Origin: a virus
Taxonomy: Duplodnaviria > Caudoviricetes
Reading direction: 5' to 3' (one strand)
Length of the DNA stretch: 64,000 nucleotides
IMG/VR virus record: IMGVR_UViG_2906626472_000001
Location: 54,886 to 118,885 of that record
The position numbers were made by a program, and so were the translations under genes. Shown in pieces: positions 1-7,845 of this stretch (the stretch's first letter is position 1; each line of letters begins with the position of its first letter). The notes under the pieces were generated by a model. The model did no database searches. It saw only the letters and a program-made list of their open reading frames with translations, and was not told where the DNA came from.

Positions 1-192
1 AGGGGCCATCGACACATTGATGCTGTTCGCGCACTTCAAGCGATGGACGGATATCAGGGTGAACAACCGCATGGTGACGACCAGGGCTTCGTCACGTCAA
101 CTAACAGGTTCGTAGATCGACGGGAGGCCTATCGGCTACATTTTCCAGACAGAGAAGAACCAGACGAGCTTCGCAGCGACGACCTGTACTGA
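1..192 (+). CDS. C-terminal part of a conserved phage hypothetical protein (5' truncated by window edge)
   Basis: Frame 1 reads RGHRH...DQGFVTSTNRFVDRREAY...ELRSDDLY*, matching a recurrent small phage protein pattern (GxRH, QGF, RFVDRxEA, LxSxDL). Not in the ORF track. Confidence 0.6.
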   Translation, partial: RGHRHIDAVRALQAMDGYQGEQPHGDDQGFVTSTNRFVDRREAYRLHFPDREEPDELRSDDLY

Positions 193-211
193 CTGGGGAA
201 AGAACGCAAAG

Positions 212-670
212 ATGAAAACTCCAAGACTAAACCTTGTCGTTATTGCTGGCTTGCTCGCAAGCATTTCAGGGGTGAATGCCGGTGATGTGGCTGATAAGCC
301 CGCTGTTTTGTCTGTCACTTGGTTTGTGGAGGGGCAGCCTCCAGCGACAACCAACACTCCCATGAGCAGCTTAAAGGCGTGCTTGCTGGCGAAGGCTCAT
401 GCCGAAGCTGCCGGTGAGCAGGCTCACAACGAGCGTATTCGTTTGAACGAACAAGATAAGGCTGATGTTTTAGAAGGCCGAGTTTCTAAAGCAGATGAAA
501 AAGGATATTGGCAAGAAGCCCCCGGCGTTTATGCAGTTGACAAAGAAGGTCAACCGCTCAAACCGAGACCTCCTAAGAAATGGGTAGTCACTGAACTTTC
601 GTCAGAAGCAAAGCGAAAACTCAAGGGTGTTGCCCCACCTCAACTGAGTGCGTTTTGTATAGAGCAGTGA
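212..670 (+). CDS. hypothetical exported protein (moron-like, AT-richer codons)
   Basis: 152-aa ORF with N-terminal signal-peptide-like stretch (LNLVVIAGLLASISGVNA). Confidence 0.55.
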   Translation: MKTPRLNLVVIAGLLASISGVNAGDVADKPAVLSVTWFVEGQPPATTNTPMSSLKACLLAKAHAEAAGEQAHNERIRLNEQDKADVLEGRVSKADEKGYWQEAPGVYAVDKEGQPLKPRPPKKWVVTELSSEAKRKLKGVAPPQLSAFCIEQ

Positions 671-707
671 TCTGGGATCGCAAAGGACTGGCAAGTCAGG
701 CGCCGCT

Positions 708-1301
708 TCAGAACTGGTCGGCCACGCGGCTGTAAGCCGGATGCTTTCGGTTCTTCACCTTGATCCAGTCGCAGGTGCGTGATCGGTAGCGCCGCTCGCG
801 GTGCTTCGAGACGATCCCCTCCAGCTCCATGCGGCAGGCAGCCTCGAACAGCTGCGGGCCGATCTCGCCCTGTTCGAACGGTGCCACAAAGATACCCTCG
901 GGCCGGCGGTGCAGGACTTTGGCAAGCTTTCCCTTGCGCTCGAACAGCGGCAGTTCCCGCAGGTCATCGCCTTCGAGCGCCACGATGTCGAAGGTGTAGA
1001 ACTGCGCCTCGTCATTGTGACGGTTGGAGTGCAGCGCGTTGAAGTCCGAGACCCCCCGCACGTCGAGCACGCAGATCTCGCCGTCGATCACGAAGCTCTT
1101 CTGCTTGATCTTCAGCGCGGCCTCGACGATGAACGGGTAGCGCCAGGTCCAGTCGAGGCCCGACCTGGAGAACACCTTCACGTCCTTGCCATCGCGGACC
1201 ACGCGCCCGCGGTAGCCGTCGTACTTGATCTCGTGGATCCAGTCCGGCCCGCTCGGCACCACCTTGCGCATTACAGGTTTGCAATACTCAAATCTAAACA
1301 T
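708..1301 (-). CDS. ATP-dependent DNA ligase, LigD-like adenylation domain only
   Basis: Motif I HEIKYDGYR, IDGEI, FDI, EGIVSK, WIKVK; start placed at ATG 1301 (MFRFEYCKP). Confidence 0.9.
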   Translation of the reverse strand: MFRFEYCKPVMRKVVPSGPDWIHEIKYDGYRGRVVRDGKDVKVFSRSGLDWTWRYPFIVEAALKIKQKSFVIDGEICVLDVRGVSDFNALHSNRHNDEAQFYTFDIVALEGDDLRELPLFERKGKLAKVLHRRPEGIFVAPFEQGEIGPQLFEAACRMELEGIVSKHRERRYRSRTCDWIKVKNRKHPAYSRVADQF

Positions 1302-1369
1302 GCGCGGCAGATATGCATGATCGCCGGAGAGTCGAGTCTGTCCGAAAAACGTACCCAATTTTCTGACAG

Positions 1370-1729
1370 TCACAGCTGCAGCGGCAGCGGCAGCTGCACG
1401 CCGATTCTCCGGCCGACCTGGCTCTCGATGAAGTCCTGCAGCGCGTCGGATATCTCCCGGCCCTCGGTGCCTATCCGGCGCTCCAGCTCGCGGGCGACGT
1501 CCTCGCTGGCATCCCTCGACCAGCCCTCAGCCGGATTGAAGGCGACGACCCGAAGCACCTGGTCGTACTCGCCCCGGAGGAGGTCTTCGATCAGCGTGGA
1601 ATAGTCGATCCCTTCGTCGGTCTCGCGGAAGGCCGCGCCGCTCCTGAAGTCCTCCAGCACAAGGTAGAAATCCTTGTCGAGGCGATCGTTCGGCACGATT
1701 GACGGCGAGGCCATACGCATGAACTCCAC
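1370..1729 (-). CDS. conserved hypothetical protein (Bradyrhizobium-like)
   Basis: YLVLEDF...RETDE...VVAFNPAEGWSRDASED pattern; start uncertain. Confidence 0.7.
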   Translation of the reverse strand: MEFMRMASPSIVPNDRLDKDFYLVLEDFRSGAAFRETDEGIDYSTLIEDLLRGEYDQVLRVVAFNPAEGWSRDASEDVARELERRIGTEGREISDALQDFIESQVGRRIGVQLPLPLQL

Positions 1730-1755
1730 TGACCGGAGTCCAAGGTATGGGACCG

Positions 1756-2019
1756 TTAACCCGAACGCGAGTCGTTGCTGTCGAGAATCCGCACGTAGGT
1801 TCCGCTCTCGTGCATCTCCAGGAACTTGCGCCCGATCAGGAAGTCGAGGCCGGCCTTGTACTCAGCCGGGCTGGCGCCGTCGCGGAACAGGAAGGGGTAG
1901 TTGATCTTCTCGATGTGCAGCCGGCCGTCCTGCACGGGCTCGACCTCGCGACAGATATGCATCAGCCGTTTCGCCGCGGCCTCTGGCTTGGCGTAGGGCC
2001 GGTCCTCTGCGAGCTTCAT
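1756..2019 (-). CDS. conserved hypothetical protein (Bradyrhizobium-like)
   Basis: MKLAEDRPYAKPEAAAKRL...EKINYPFL...HESGTYVR; ATG overlaps the stop of the upstream gene. Confidence 0.7.
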   Translation of the reverse strand: MKLAEDRPYAKPEAAAKRLMHICREVEPVQDGRLHIEKINYPFLFRDGASPAEYKAGLDFLIGRKFLEMHESGTYVRILDSNDSRSG

Positions 2020-2459
2020 GCGCCAATCCCCCGGTGGGCACAGTGAATGTGCTCGTCCTGAGACGCGATGGTGATGAACTCGCCGCAGAAGCACCTGGCC
2101 GGCGCTCCTCGTGTCTGCGTCGGCAAGAACAGCTTCTCCTCGTGCATCTTGTCCTTCCAGGCGTGAAAATCTCGAGACCGTCGCCACTCCTCGAAGTGTT
2201 CTTCGGTGCGGGTGGCGAGCAGCTTCTCCCAGTCCCTCTCGAACCCGGCTCTGGCTTCCTCGAAGCTCTCAGCTGTCCCGGTCGTCGACTGGCCCGGCTC
2301 GCATCCGGGGTAGAAGCCGCAGCTCCAGCCCCACTGCGGAGTGTGGTTAGGGATGCCGGCTCGCTTTGCGATGTGACCGACCCGCACGTCACCCCAGTAG
2401 ACGAACCAGCCGCCGGCTCGGTGTGGGTCCTTGTCGGGCTTGCGATGCAGATGGCTCAT
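2016..2459 (-). CDS. hypothetical protein
   Basis: 147-aa ORF, Trp-rich (QWGWSCGFYPG, FEEARAGFERDW), C-terminal CxC...H..H; coupled to the downstream gene. Confidence 0.7.
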   Translation of the reverse strand: MSHLHRKPDKDPHRAGGWFVYWGDVRVGHIAKRAGIPNHTPQWGWSCGFYPGCEPGQSTTGTAESFEEARAGFERDWEKLLATRTEEHFEEWRRSRDFHAWKDKMHEEKLFLPTQTRGAPARCFCGEFITIASQDEHIHCAHRGIGA

Positions 2460-2470
2460 GATTTCTCAGG

Positions 2471-2552
2471 TGTGATCGGCATTCACAGGTGTGATCCTCG
2501 TTCACAGGGGGGGTGTGATCCTTGTTCACACCCGATGTGAACCTGGTTCACA
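2471..2552. repeat. four tandem 17-bp imperfect palindromes TGTGA-N7-TCACA
   Basis: Copies at 2471-2487, 2490-2506, 2514-2530 and 2536-2552 (the last is a perfect palindrome TGTGAACCTGGTTCACA). Confidence 0.9.
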
Positions 2553-2627
2553 CCTTTAACCTCCCTATAGAACCTTCCACCATAAGAACCATATCCCCTA
2601 CCCCTTACGGGGCAGGGCGCTGGCTGG

Positions 2628-2810
2628 TCATTCCGGTTCCTTGATGTAGAGCTGGCCGCCGGCCTCGTAGACCATCGCTTGGTCGTTCTTCACCAGCTCG
2701 GCCGCGGCGACGAAGCTCTCGATCGTGACCCGAACGCCATGCCGGTTCCTGCCAATGGCAGCCAGCAGGGTGGTCTTCAGCTTCTCGAATGCGATCTCGT
2801 CCTCGGTCAT
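2628..2810 (-). CDS. small hypothetical protein
   Basis: 60-aa ORF, AGGA upstream, normal composition. Confidence 0.5.
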   Translation of the reverse strand: MTEDEIAFEKLKTTLLAAIGRNRHGVRVTIESFVAAAELVKNDQAMVYEAGGQLYIKEPE

Positions 2811-2887
2811 GACCAGTTCCTATTCCTGCCGGCCGGCGGTTTCAACAGATCGGCCGGAAATACCTCCGAGGTGTTGAAACCGGTCCC

Positions 2888-2968
2888 CATTTGCATTTTC
2901 ATTTGCCGGACTTGACAAACAGGGGGAGGGTGCTGTACCAGATCAGCTACCGTTAGCATTCGTGCAAA
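2888..2968 (+). promoter_or_regulatory. sigma70-like promoter followed by a 16-bp operator copy
   Basis: TTGACA at 2912-2917 preceded by CATTTGCATTTTCA; TTAGCATTCGTGCAAA at 2953-2968; lies at the strand switch. Confidence 0.6.
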
Positions 2969-3097
2969 CGGGAAACAAGCCCCAGGACATGGCCCGGAAC
3001 ATACGCCGGGACGTTGGGCGGCGTCCGGACCCACAAACCCCATGCTGCCGCCGCGATGGCGCCCGGCGAGGCGACACGAGTTCGGCATGTCCAGGCG

Positions 3098-3113
3098 CTT
3101 GCATGAATGCAAA
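3098..3113. promoter_or_regulatory. 16-bp palindromic operator-like motif
   Basis: CTTGCATGAATGCAAA immediately upstream of RBS GGAGGAGG. Confidence 0.7.
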
Positions 3114-3127
3114 CGGAGGAGGACATC

Positions 3128-3262
3128 GTGACGGCAGACATCGAGTTCCTGATGGTTCTCAGCAGAACCATCCTGCAGCTGATGCTGCTCTCGGGCAGTG
3201 CCATCGTCACGGTCCTGGTCGTCACCCTCGTCGTCTGGCTGTTCGGAGGTCTGCGTGGCTGA
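3128..3262 (+). CDS. 44-aa membrane protein
   Basis: Strong RBS GGAGGAGG then GTG; MTADIEFLMVLSRTILQLMLLSGSAIVTVLVVTLVVWLFGGLRG; below the ORF-track cutoff. Confidence 0.6.
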   Translation: MTADIEFLMVLSRTILQLMLLSGSAIVTVLVVTLVVWLFGGLRG

Positions 3263-3503
3263 CCTCCTGCGCGGCGTGTCGCCCGAGCGCAAGGAGAAGA
3301 TCCTGGCGCGGGCCGAGGAACTCATCCGCGAAGAGCGGATGCGGCGAGGGCGCTTCGCGCCCCCAGACGAAATCCAAAACGCCGCCGACCCGTTCGAGCT
3401 GCGCCCCGCCAACTGGGTGCTGGCCTCGATGCTCGCCATGGGCGCCGCCACCATCATTGCGCTGATCGCTACCGCCCTGCGTGCGGCAGGCTCCAAAGTT
3501 TAA
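3255..3503 (+). CDS. hypothetical protein with C-terminal TM helix
   Basis: GGAGG then GTG; charged N-terminus, hydrophobic C-terminus. Confidence 0.55.
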   Translation: MADLLRGVSPERKEKILARAEELIREERMRRGRFAPPDEIQNAADPFELRPANWVLASMLAMGAATIIALIATALRAAGSKV

Positions 3504-3554
3504 CCAGAGCCCGCGGCCTGCCCCAGGCAGCCCGGGTCACCATTTGAGGCGTGC

Positions 3555-3833
3555 ATGTCTGTGCCTGACGAACTCGTCGATCTCGCGCTCGAAGCGCTGG
3601 AGGCCGAAGTCGCGTGCTGGCGCAAGGTGCCATGGCGCCCAGACTACACCCGCCTGATGCGCTTCTCGGACACCTGCCGCGGTCCCGTTGGACCTGCGGA
3701 GGTTACCGAGGAGGAGGCGACCATCACCTGCCACGACGTGCCAACGCACATGGCTGACGACATGATCGTCCGCTTCGCGATGGAGAAGGTCGTAGAGGCC
3801 GTCATCGGCGCCATCTCGGTCGGAGGTGAGTGA
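3555..3833 (+). CDS. hypothetical protein
   Basis: 92-aa ORF, GAGG RBS, phage-like codon use. Confidence 0.6.
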   Translation: MSVPDELVDLALEALEAEVACWRKVPWRPDYTRLMRFSDTCRGPVGPAEVTEEEATITCHDVPTHMADDMIVRFAMEKVVEAVIGAISVGGE

Positions 3834-4015
3834 TGGCGCGATCGTCTTACGTCTACGTGGTCATGACCAACGGCTCGCCCGAGGCGGCCTTCACGGTCAA
3901 GCACGAGCTGGCCACCTACCTGAACAAGCGCGACCCCATGAAGCCGCCGTACACCATCTGGCGGCTGCGCGATGGCGGCAAAGAACCCGAACTCACGCAG
4001 ATCATCGAGCTATGA
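3833..4015 (+). CDS. hypothetical protein
   Basis: TGATG coupling; MARSSYVYVV...AAFTVKHEL. Confidence 0.6.
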   Translation: MARSSYVYVVMTNGSPEAAFTVKHELATYLNKRDPMKPPYTIWRLRDGGKEPELTQIIEL

Positions 4016-4446
4016 CCACAATCGCCTACAAGGACGGAGTGCTCGCTGGCGACACCCTGATGATCAAGGGCTCGACCATCACGGGGCACATCACCAAGAT
4101 CGTTCGCCGCGAGAGCGACGGCGCGCTGTGCGGCGGCTCCGGCAATCTCAACTGGCTCCAGGCCTTCCATCGCTGGTTCCTGGACGGCGAGAAGGACGAC
4201 GAGATGCCCGAGCCGAGCGAGTATGACAATGCCATCATCGCTCGCAAAGACGATCCCGAAGTCGAGATATTCGAGTTCGGCGGCTCCTTCGTCTTCGAGC
4301 CCAACTTCACTGCGATCGGCTCCGGCAAGGAATACGCATTCGGCGCCATGAGCGCTGGCGCGGACGCCGAGGAAGCCATCCGGATCGCATGCCTCTACGA
4401 CCCGGGCACGGGCGGCGAGGTCCAGGTGGTCCGCCATGACGGCTGA
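4012..4446 (+). CDS. proteasome-beta/HslV-like Ntn peptidase
   Basis: N-terminal MTTIAYKDGVLAGDT, AIGSGKEYAFGAM, D..TGG motifs. Confidence 0.8.
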   Translation: MTTIAYKDGVLAGDTLMIKGSTITGHITKIVRRESDGALCGGSGNLNWLQAFHRWFLDGEKDDEMPEPSEYDNAIIARKDDPEVEIFEFGGSFVFEPNFTAIGSGKEYAFGAMSAGADAEEAIRIACLYDPGTGGEVQVVRHDG

Positions 4447-4654
4447 CAGCTGCGGATACTGCGAGACCAAGCCGGCCAAGGACACCTGTTCGAAGTGCGG
4501 CAAGACACAGGGCGGCATCGACTGGTTCGGCGCCGCCTTCCGCAAGCTGCGGCTCCGGAAGGGTCATCCCGACCCGGGCATCCTGTGCGGATCATGTGCC
4601 GGCGCAATCACCGGCAAGGAAATTGGGGAGAAGGTCCTTGGCGGAAAAGATTGA
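4436..4654 (+). CDS. small Zn-finger-like protein
   Basis: Three CxxC pairs. Confidence 0.55.
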   Translation: MTADSCGYCETKPAKDTCSKCGKTQGGIDWFGAAFRKLRLRKGHPDPGILCGSCAGAITGKEIGEKVLGGKD

Positions 4655-4898
4655 TCCGATCTCGACCAGCCCCAAGGCGATGCAAGCCTACCAGCTCATG
4701 AAGATCCTCGACCCGCTGGTCGGGGTGGCTGAGGCCGCGTTCTTCATGCAGCGTGCAAACGACCTATGCGGCGGCGTCACGCCCGTCACGGCAATCAAAG
4801 AAGGCCGGATCGACGAGGTTACGCGAGCCGTGCAGGCGGTCGCCTGCGAGAAGGGCGTCTTCGCCGACCCGTGGCTGCCGCCGAAGACGCGACGCTGA
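4638..4898 (+). CDS. hypothetical protein resembling the Xre/MbcA/ParS antitoxin C-terminal domain
   Basis: AFFMQRANDLCGGVTPVTAIKEGRIDEV pattern; start uncertain (TTG 4638 or ATG 4680). Confidence 0.45.
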   Translation: MAEKIDPISTSPKAMQAYQLMKILDPLVGVAEAAFFMQRANDLCGGVTPVTAIKEGRIDEVTRAVQAVACEKGVFADPWLPPKTRR

Positions 4899-4901
4899 AT
4901 T

Positions 4902-4976
4902 GCTGGGGTAGCTCAACGGTAGAGCGCCTGGCTTCCAACCAGGTGGTTGTGGGTTCGAGCCCCACCCCTCGCTCCA
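4902..4976 (+). tRNA. tRNA-Gly (TCC)
   Basis: Cloverleaf: anticodon arm CCTGG-CTTCCAA-CCAGG, T arm GTGGG-TTCGAGC-CCCAC, encoded CCA. Confidence 0.93.
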
Positions 4977-4988
4977 AAGGATCAGAAA

Positions 4989-5252
4989 ATGAGGAACGTC
5001 AAACCGTGGTGCGCGATCATCGCCGCCTCGGAGGATATCGCTGCGCAGTACCGCGCCGCCTTCGGTCTCTCGGACGAGATCTGGGCTGTGATCCGCCACG
5101 ACGCGGACACCCGCGGTCAGCAGTTCGACCGCGTCGTCGTCATCCGGCCGCACTGGCAGATCGACGCCGAAGAGGCTGCTCGCTTCGAAGAACAGATCAC
5201 GACGCAGTGGCGGACGATTGTACGCCCCGGCGGCTGGCTCACCATCATCTGA
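4989..5252 (+). CDS. hypothetical protein
   Basis: AAAGGA RBS, ATG at 4989. Confidence 0.6.
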   Translation: MRNVKPWCAIIAASEDIAAQYRAAFGLSDEIWAVIRHDADTRGQQFDRVVVIRPHWQIDAEEAARFEEQITTQWRTIVRPGGWLTII

Positions 5253-5259
5253 GGACACC

Positions 5260-5418
5260 ATGGGCTTCTGGGAAGCAATCATCATCGGCATCGCGCTCTA
5301 CGCGGGCCTCAACTCCATCGCCGAAGCGTTCGACAACATCGCTGTCGGCATTGAACAGGCGGGTCTCCACCTCGCCGCGGCTCTCGAAGAGCCGGTCGCA
5401 GAAGAGGACGAGGACTGA
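5260..5418 (+). CDS. small membrane protein
   Basis: GAGGA RBS; MGFWEAIIIGIALYAGL, acidic tail. Confidence 0.55.
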   Translation: MGFWEAIIIGIALYAGLNSIAEAFDNIAVGIEQAGLHLAAALEEPVAEEDED

Positions 5419-5632
5419 TGCCATTTCCGTTCTCGATCCTGATGTTCAGCTACGCCATATGGCAGGCGTCCATCGAGCGGGCTTTCCACCCGTTCGAGGT
5501 GCGCCATGTGGAGCCGAAGCACATTTGACGATCTAATCATCCTGGCGCCTCTGCTGTTCGTCTTCTTCCTCGTCGCGATGGCGCACCTCTTCAGCTGACG
5601 AATAGCCGGCTCCCAAAAACCCGAGCACAACA

Positions 5633-6112
5633 ATGAAGGCTCTAGCACTGGCCCTTGCGGGCCTGGTGATGACTGCTGCCGTGTCGCCATCCCACGCGCT
5701 GCTCATCGAGAAAGACCCCGGTGGGGTGATCGTGGACTTCGTCAAGAAGTATTCGAAAATTCGGGACAGCGGCGAGAAGATCGTGATCAACGGCGAGTGC
5801 GATTCGTCCTGCACCATCTTCCTCGGCATCGTCCCCAAGAAGAACGTTTGCATCACGTCGAATGCCAAGCTCGGATTTCATACGGCTTCGCTCCGTACCG
5901 TCGACCCTGATGGCTCCGTGACTTGGTCGCACGCCGAAGAGTTCTCGGCGCTCATGTGGAATCTCTATCCAGGCAAGTTCCGCGCTTACCTCAAGCGCGT
6001 CGGCTGGAATGGTGATGACCCCAAGATCGCACATCCCGACATCGTCTATGTCGGACCGCGCGCTCTGCATGCGCTCGGCATCCGCTACTGCGGCCTGGAG
6101 AGCTTGCTGTGA
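5633..6112 (+). CDS. exported ClpP/crotonase-like fold protein
   Basis: Signal peptide; DPGG, GECDSSCT..L, LGFH motifs. Confidence 0.7.
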   Translation: MKALALALAGLVMTAAVSPSHALLIEKDPGGVIVDFVKKYSKIRDSGEKIVINGECDSSCTIFLGIVPKKNVCITSNAKLGFHTASLRTVDPDGSVTWSHAEEFSALMWNLYPGKFRAYLKRVGWNGDDPKIAHPDIVYVGPRALHALGIRYCGLESLL

Positions 6113-6465
6113 GCCGGTCCCGAAAGCTTCCCGATCGCCGGAAGCTGCCGTCGATCATCAAGATCGGCATCTTCGTCTACACGCTGGTGCATTGGGATCC
6201 AGCCGAGGCTGAGGAGAAGGAATGCCTCGGTCTGTGCGACCGTCTCAACTTTATCATCTACGTGCGCGACGACCTGCCTGACAGCGGTTTCGCTGAGGTC
6301 CTTGAGCACGAGATCAACCACGCCTGCTGGCACGCAGCAGCGCTCAAGTCCCGGGCAAACGAAGAGACGGTCGTGAACCGTCTGACGCCGGTCATGATCA
6401 TGGCTCGCCGGGACAACCCGGAGATCTACGCCTGGATCGACCGCGCCGTCGCCCAGAAAGCCTGA
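6109..6465 (+). CDS. putative Zn-metallopeptidase
   Basis: HEINH (HExxH) plus downstream EE. Confidence 0.7.
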   Translation: MSRSRKLPDRRKLPSIIKIGIFVYTLVHWDPAEAEEKECLGLCDRLNFIIYVRDDLPDSGFAEVLEHEINHACWHAAALKSRANEETVVNRLTPVMIMARRDNPEIYAWIDRAVAQKA

Positions 6466-6468
6466 TCC

Positions 6469-6732
6469 ATGCTGAACGCAATGGTCGCCTCTACGAAGAG
6501 GCAGGCAGAAGCGATGATTGCTCTGCTGAAACTCAACCCCAACGAATGGGAGCCCGTCATCTACGGGCAGCCCATCAAGAAGCTCATCGGGCACGCCAAG
6601 CTCGTGCGGCCCAGCGAGGGCGTCGAACGGTCTCACTGCGACTGGGTGCTCGGAGTGCTCGTCCCGAACCTGTGCCTGTCGGTGACTACCGTGCCGCCGC
6701 ACTGGAAGATCCCTCAGGAGCACGTCGCCTAG
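6469..6732 (+). CDS. hypothetical protein
   Basis: 87-aa ORF in operon context. Confidence 0.6.
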   Translation: MLNAMVASTKRQAEAMIALLKLNPNEWEPVIYGQPIKKLIGHAKLVRPSEGVERSHCDWVLGVLVPNLCLSVTTVPPHWKIPQEHVA

Positions 6733-6745
6733 TTAAGAAAGAAAA

Positions 6746-6847
6746 ATGGCCAAGAAGCACGTCAAAAAGGTGTCTAAGAACACCAAGCTCACGGAGCTGC
6801 GCATCGAGCGTAAGCGCCGCCGTCGTCGCCAGAAAGCTGGCGGCTAA
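6746..6847 (+). CDS. 33-aa Lys/Arg-rich peptide
   Basis: MAKKHVKKVSKNTKLTELRIERKRRRRRQKAGG*, purine-rich leader, GC3-rich codons; not in the ORF track. Confidence 0.55.
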   Translation: MAKKHVKKVSKNTKLTELRIERKRRRRRQKAGG

Positions 6848-7026
6848 CCGAACCACCATCCCCGGAGTCGCAGACAGGGAGCAGGGATTATAGAAGCCCT
6901 GACCGTCTGCTCGTGGCCCGGCCTGCGGCGGGGGTTTCTCCTCCTTTACCCCGCCGCGCCCGAGGACAAATCAGCTTACTGCAAAACCTCGGGCACCCAA
7001 CCGTTTCAACCATCGAAGGATCTGTC

Positions 7027-7146
7027 ATGGACGCCGTGAAGTCCGTCTACAACTATGCGACCGCCTGGGTCGCAGCGCATCCGGTCGCGACCGTCAACGC
7101 CATCCTGGCGGTTGTCGTGCTCAAGACCGTTCTCGTCATTCTCTGA
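7027..7146 (+). CDS. 39-aa membrane peptide
   Basis: GAAGGA RBS; MDAVKSVYNYATAWVAAHPVATVNAILAVVVLKTVLVIL. Confidence 0.55.
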   Translation: MDAVKSVYNYATAWVAAHPVATVNAILAVVVLKTVLVIL

Positions 7147-7588
7147 TCTCGCTTCGTTCGATTTCGGAAATAAGTTGCCCGTTTCTGGAAAGACCTTTCC
7201 GGTCGCGAAACGTCTCAAGAACACAGGTGGTCTACCGCACCGGCAACGGTGTCGGCTCTAACGGGTAAGCCAGTAGCCCCGCAGCCCTCGTAATTCCTCA
7301 AAGCGGCCCCTGAGGGGGAACACTGATCCTGTTAAAACGCGATGCGGTCGAGGCAAGATCGATCGACTTCTGGATTGGATCGATCCCACCTGGAGAGGCC
7401 TCCGGCTCGCGCGCACGTCGGGTTAAATCCATCTGCCGTAAAACACGGTGGAGCCTCTCATACATTTCCCTCGGTGCCAGCCGATCGTCACCTGAAGACA
7501 TAGGGGTGGCTGGTTAAATGCAGGCCATGCGTCAAGCCGAGCGCTCGCGTTGTCGAGCACAGCCCGTCGCCCATCGGCGGCGGGCATC
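7147..7588 (+). ncRNA. candidate large structured non-coding RNA upstream of a tRNA pair
   Basis: No credible ORF over about 440 nt; at least 8 hand-found helices including a GCAA tetraloop; family unassigned. Confidence 0.45.
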
Positions 7589-7663
7589 GCCTGGGTAGCT
7601 CAGCGGTAGAGCAGCGGGGTCATAATCCGCTTGTCGTAGGTTCGATCCCTGCCCCCGGCACCA
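7589..7663 (+). tRNA. tRNA with CAT anticodon (Met or lysidine-modified Ile2)
   Basis: TAGCTCAGCGGTAGAGCA D arm, GCGGG-GTCATAA-TCCGC anticodon arm, GTAGG-TTCGATC-CCTGC T arm, ACCA end. Confidence 0.9.
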
Positions 7664-7771
7664 AATTCAAGCCGCAAGGCGCACGCTCCCCCGCGTACCG
7701 ACGACTGGTCACTCCGTCGCGTGAAGAAATCGGAGAGGGGGATCAACACACACGCCATTGAAAATTCATGC

Positions 7772-7845
7772 ATCGGGGTCCTCCGGCGTAGGCGGCCGGT
7801 CTCCAAAACTGCGCTGCGAGAGTTCGAGTCTCTCCCCCGGTGCCA
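7772..7845 (+). tRNA. tRNA-Trp (CCA), atypical D arm
   Basis: Anticodon loop CTCCAAA, T arm GAGAG-TTCGAGT-CTCTC, acceptor ATCGGGG/CCCCGGT, GCCA end; D arm lacks canonical residues. Confidence 0.75.

Noticed and set aside
675-686. 12-mer GGATCGCAAAGG also present at 60062-60073, considered as an att/target duplication or c-di-GMP riboswitch fragment
   Set aside because: A 12-bp match is expected by chance in 64 kb, the flanks do not extend the match, and the riboswitch architecture is absent.
2471-2552. CRISPR array or CRP boxes
   Set aside because: Gaps between copies are only 2-7 bp, so there are no spacers, and no cas genes are present. The half-site spacing is N7, not the N6 of CRP.
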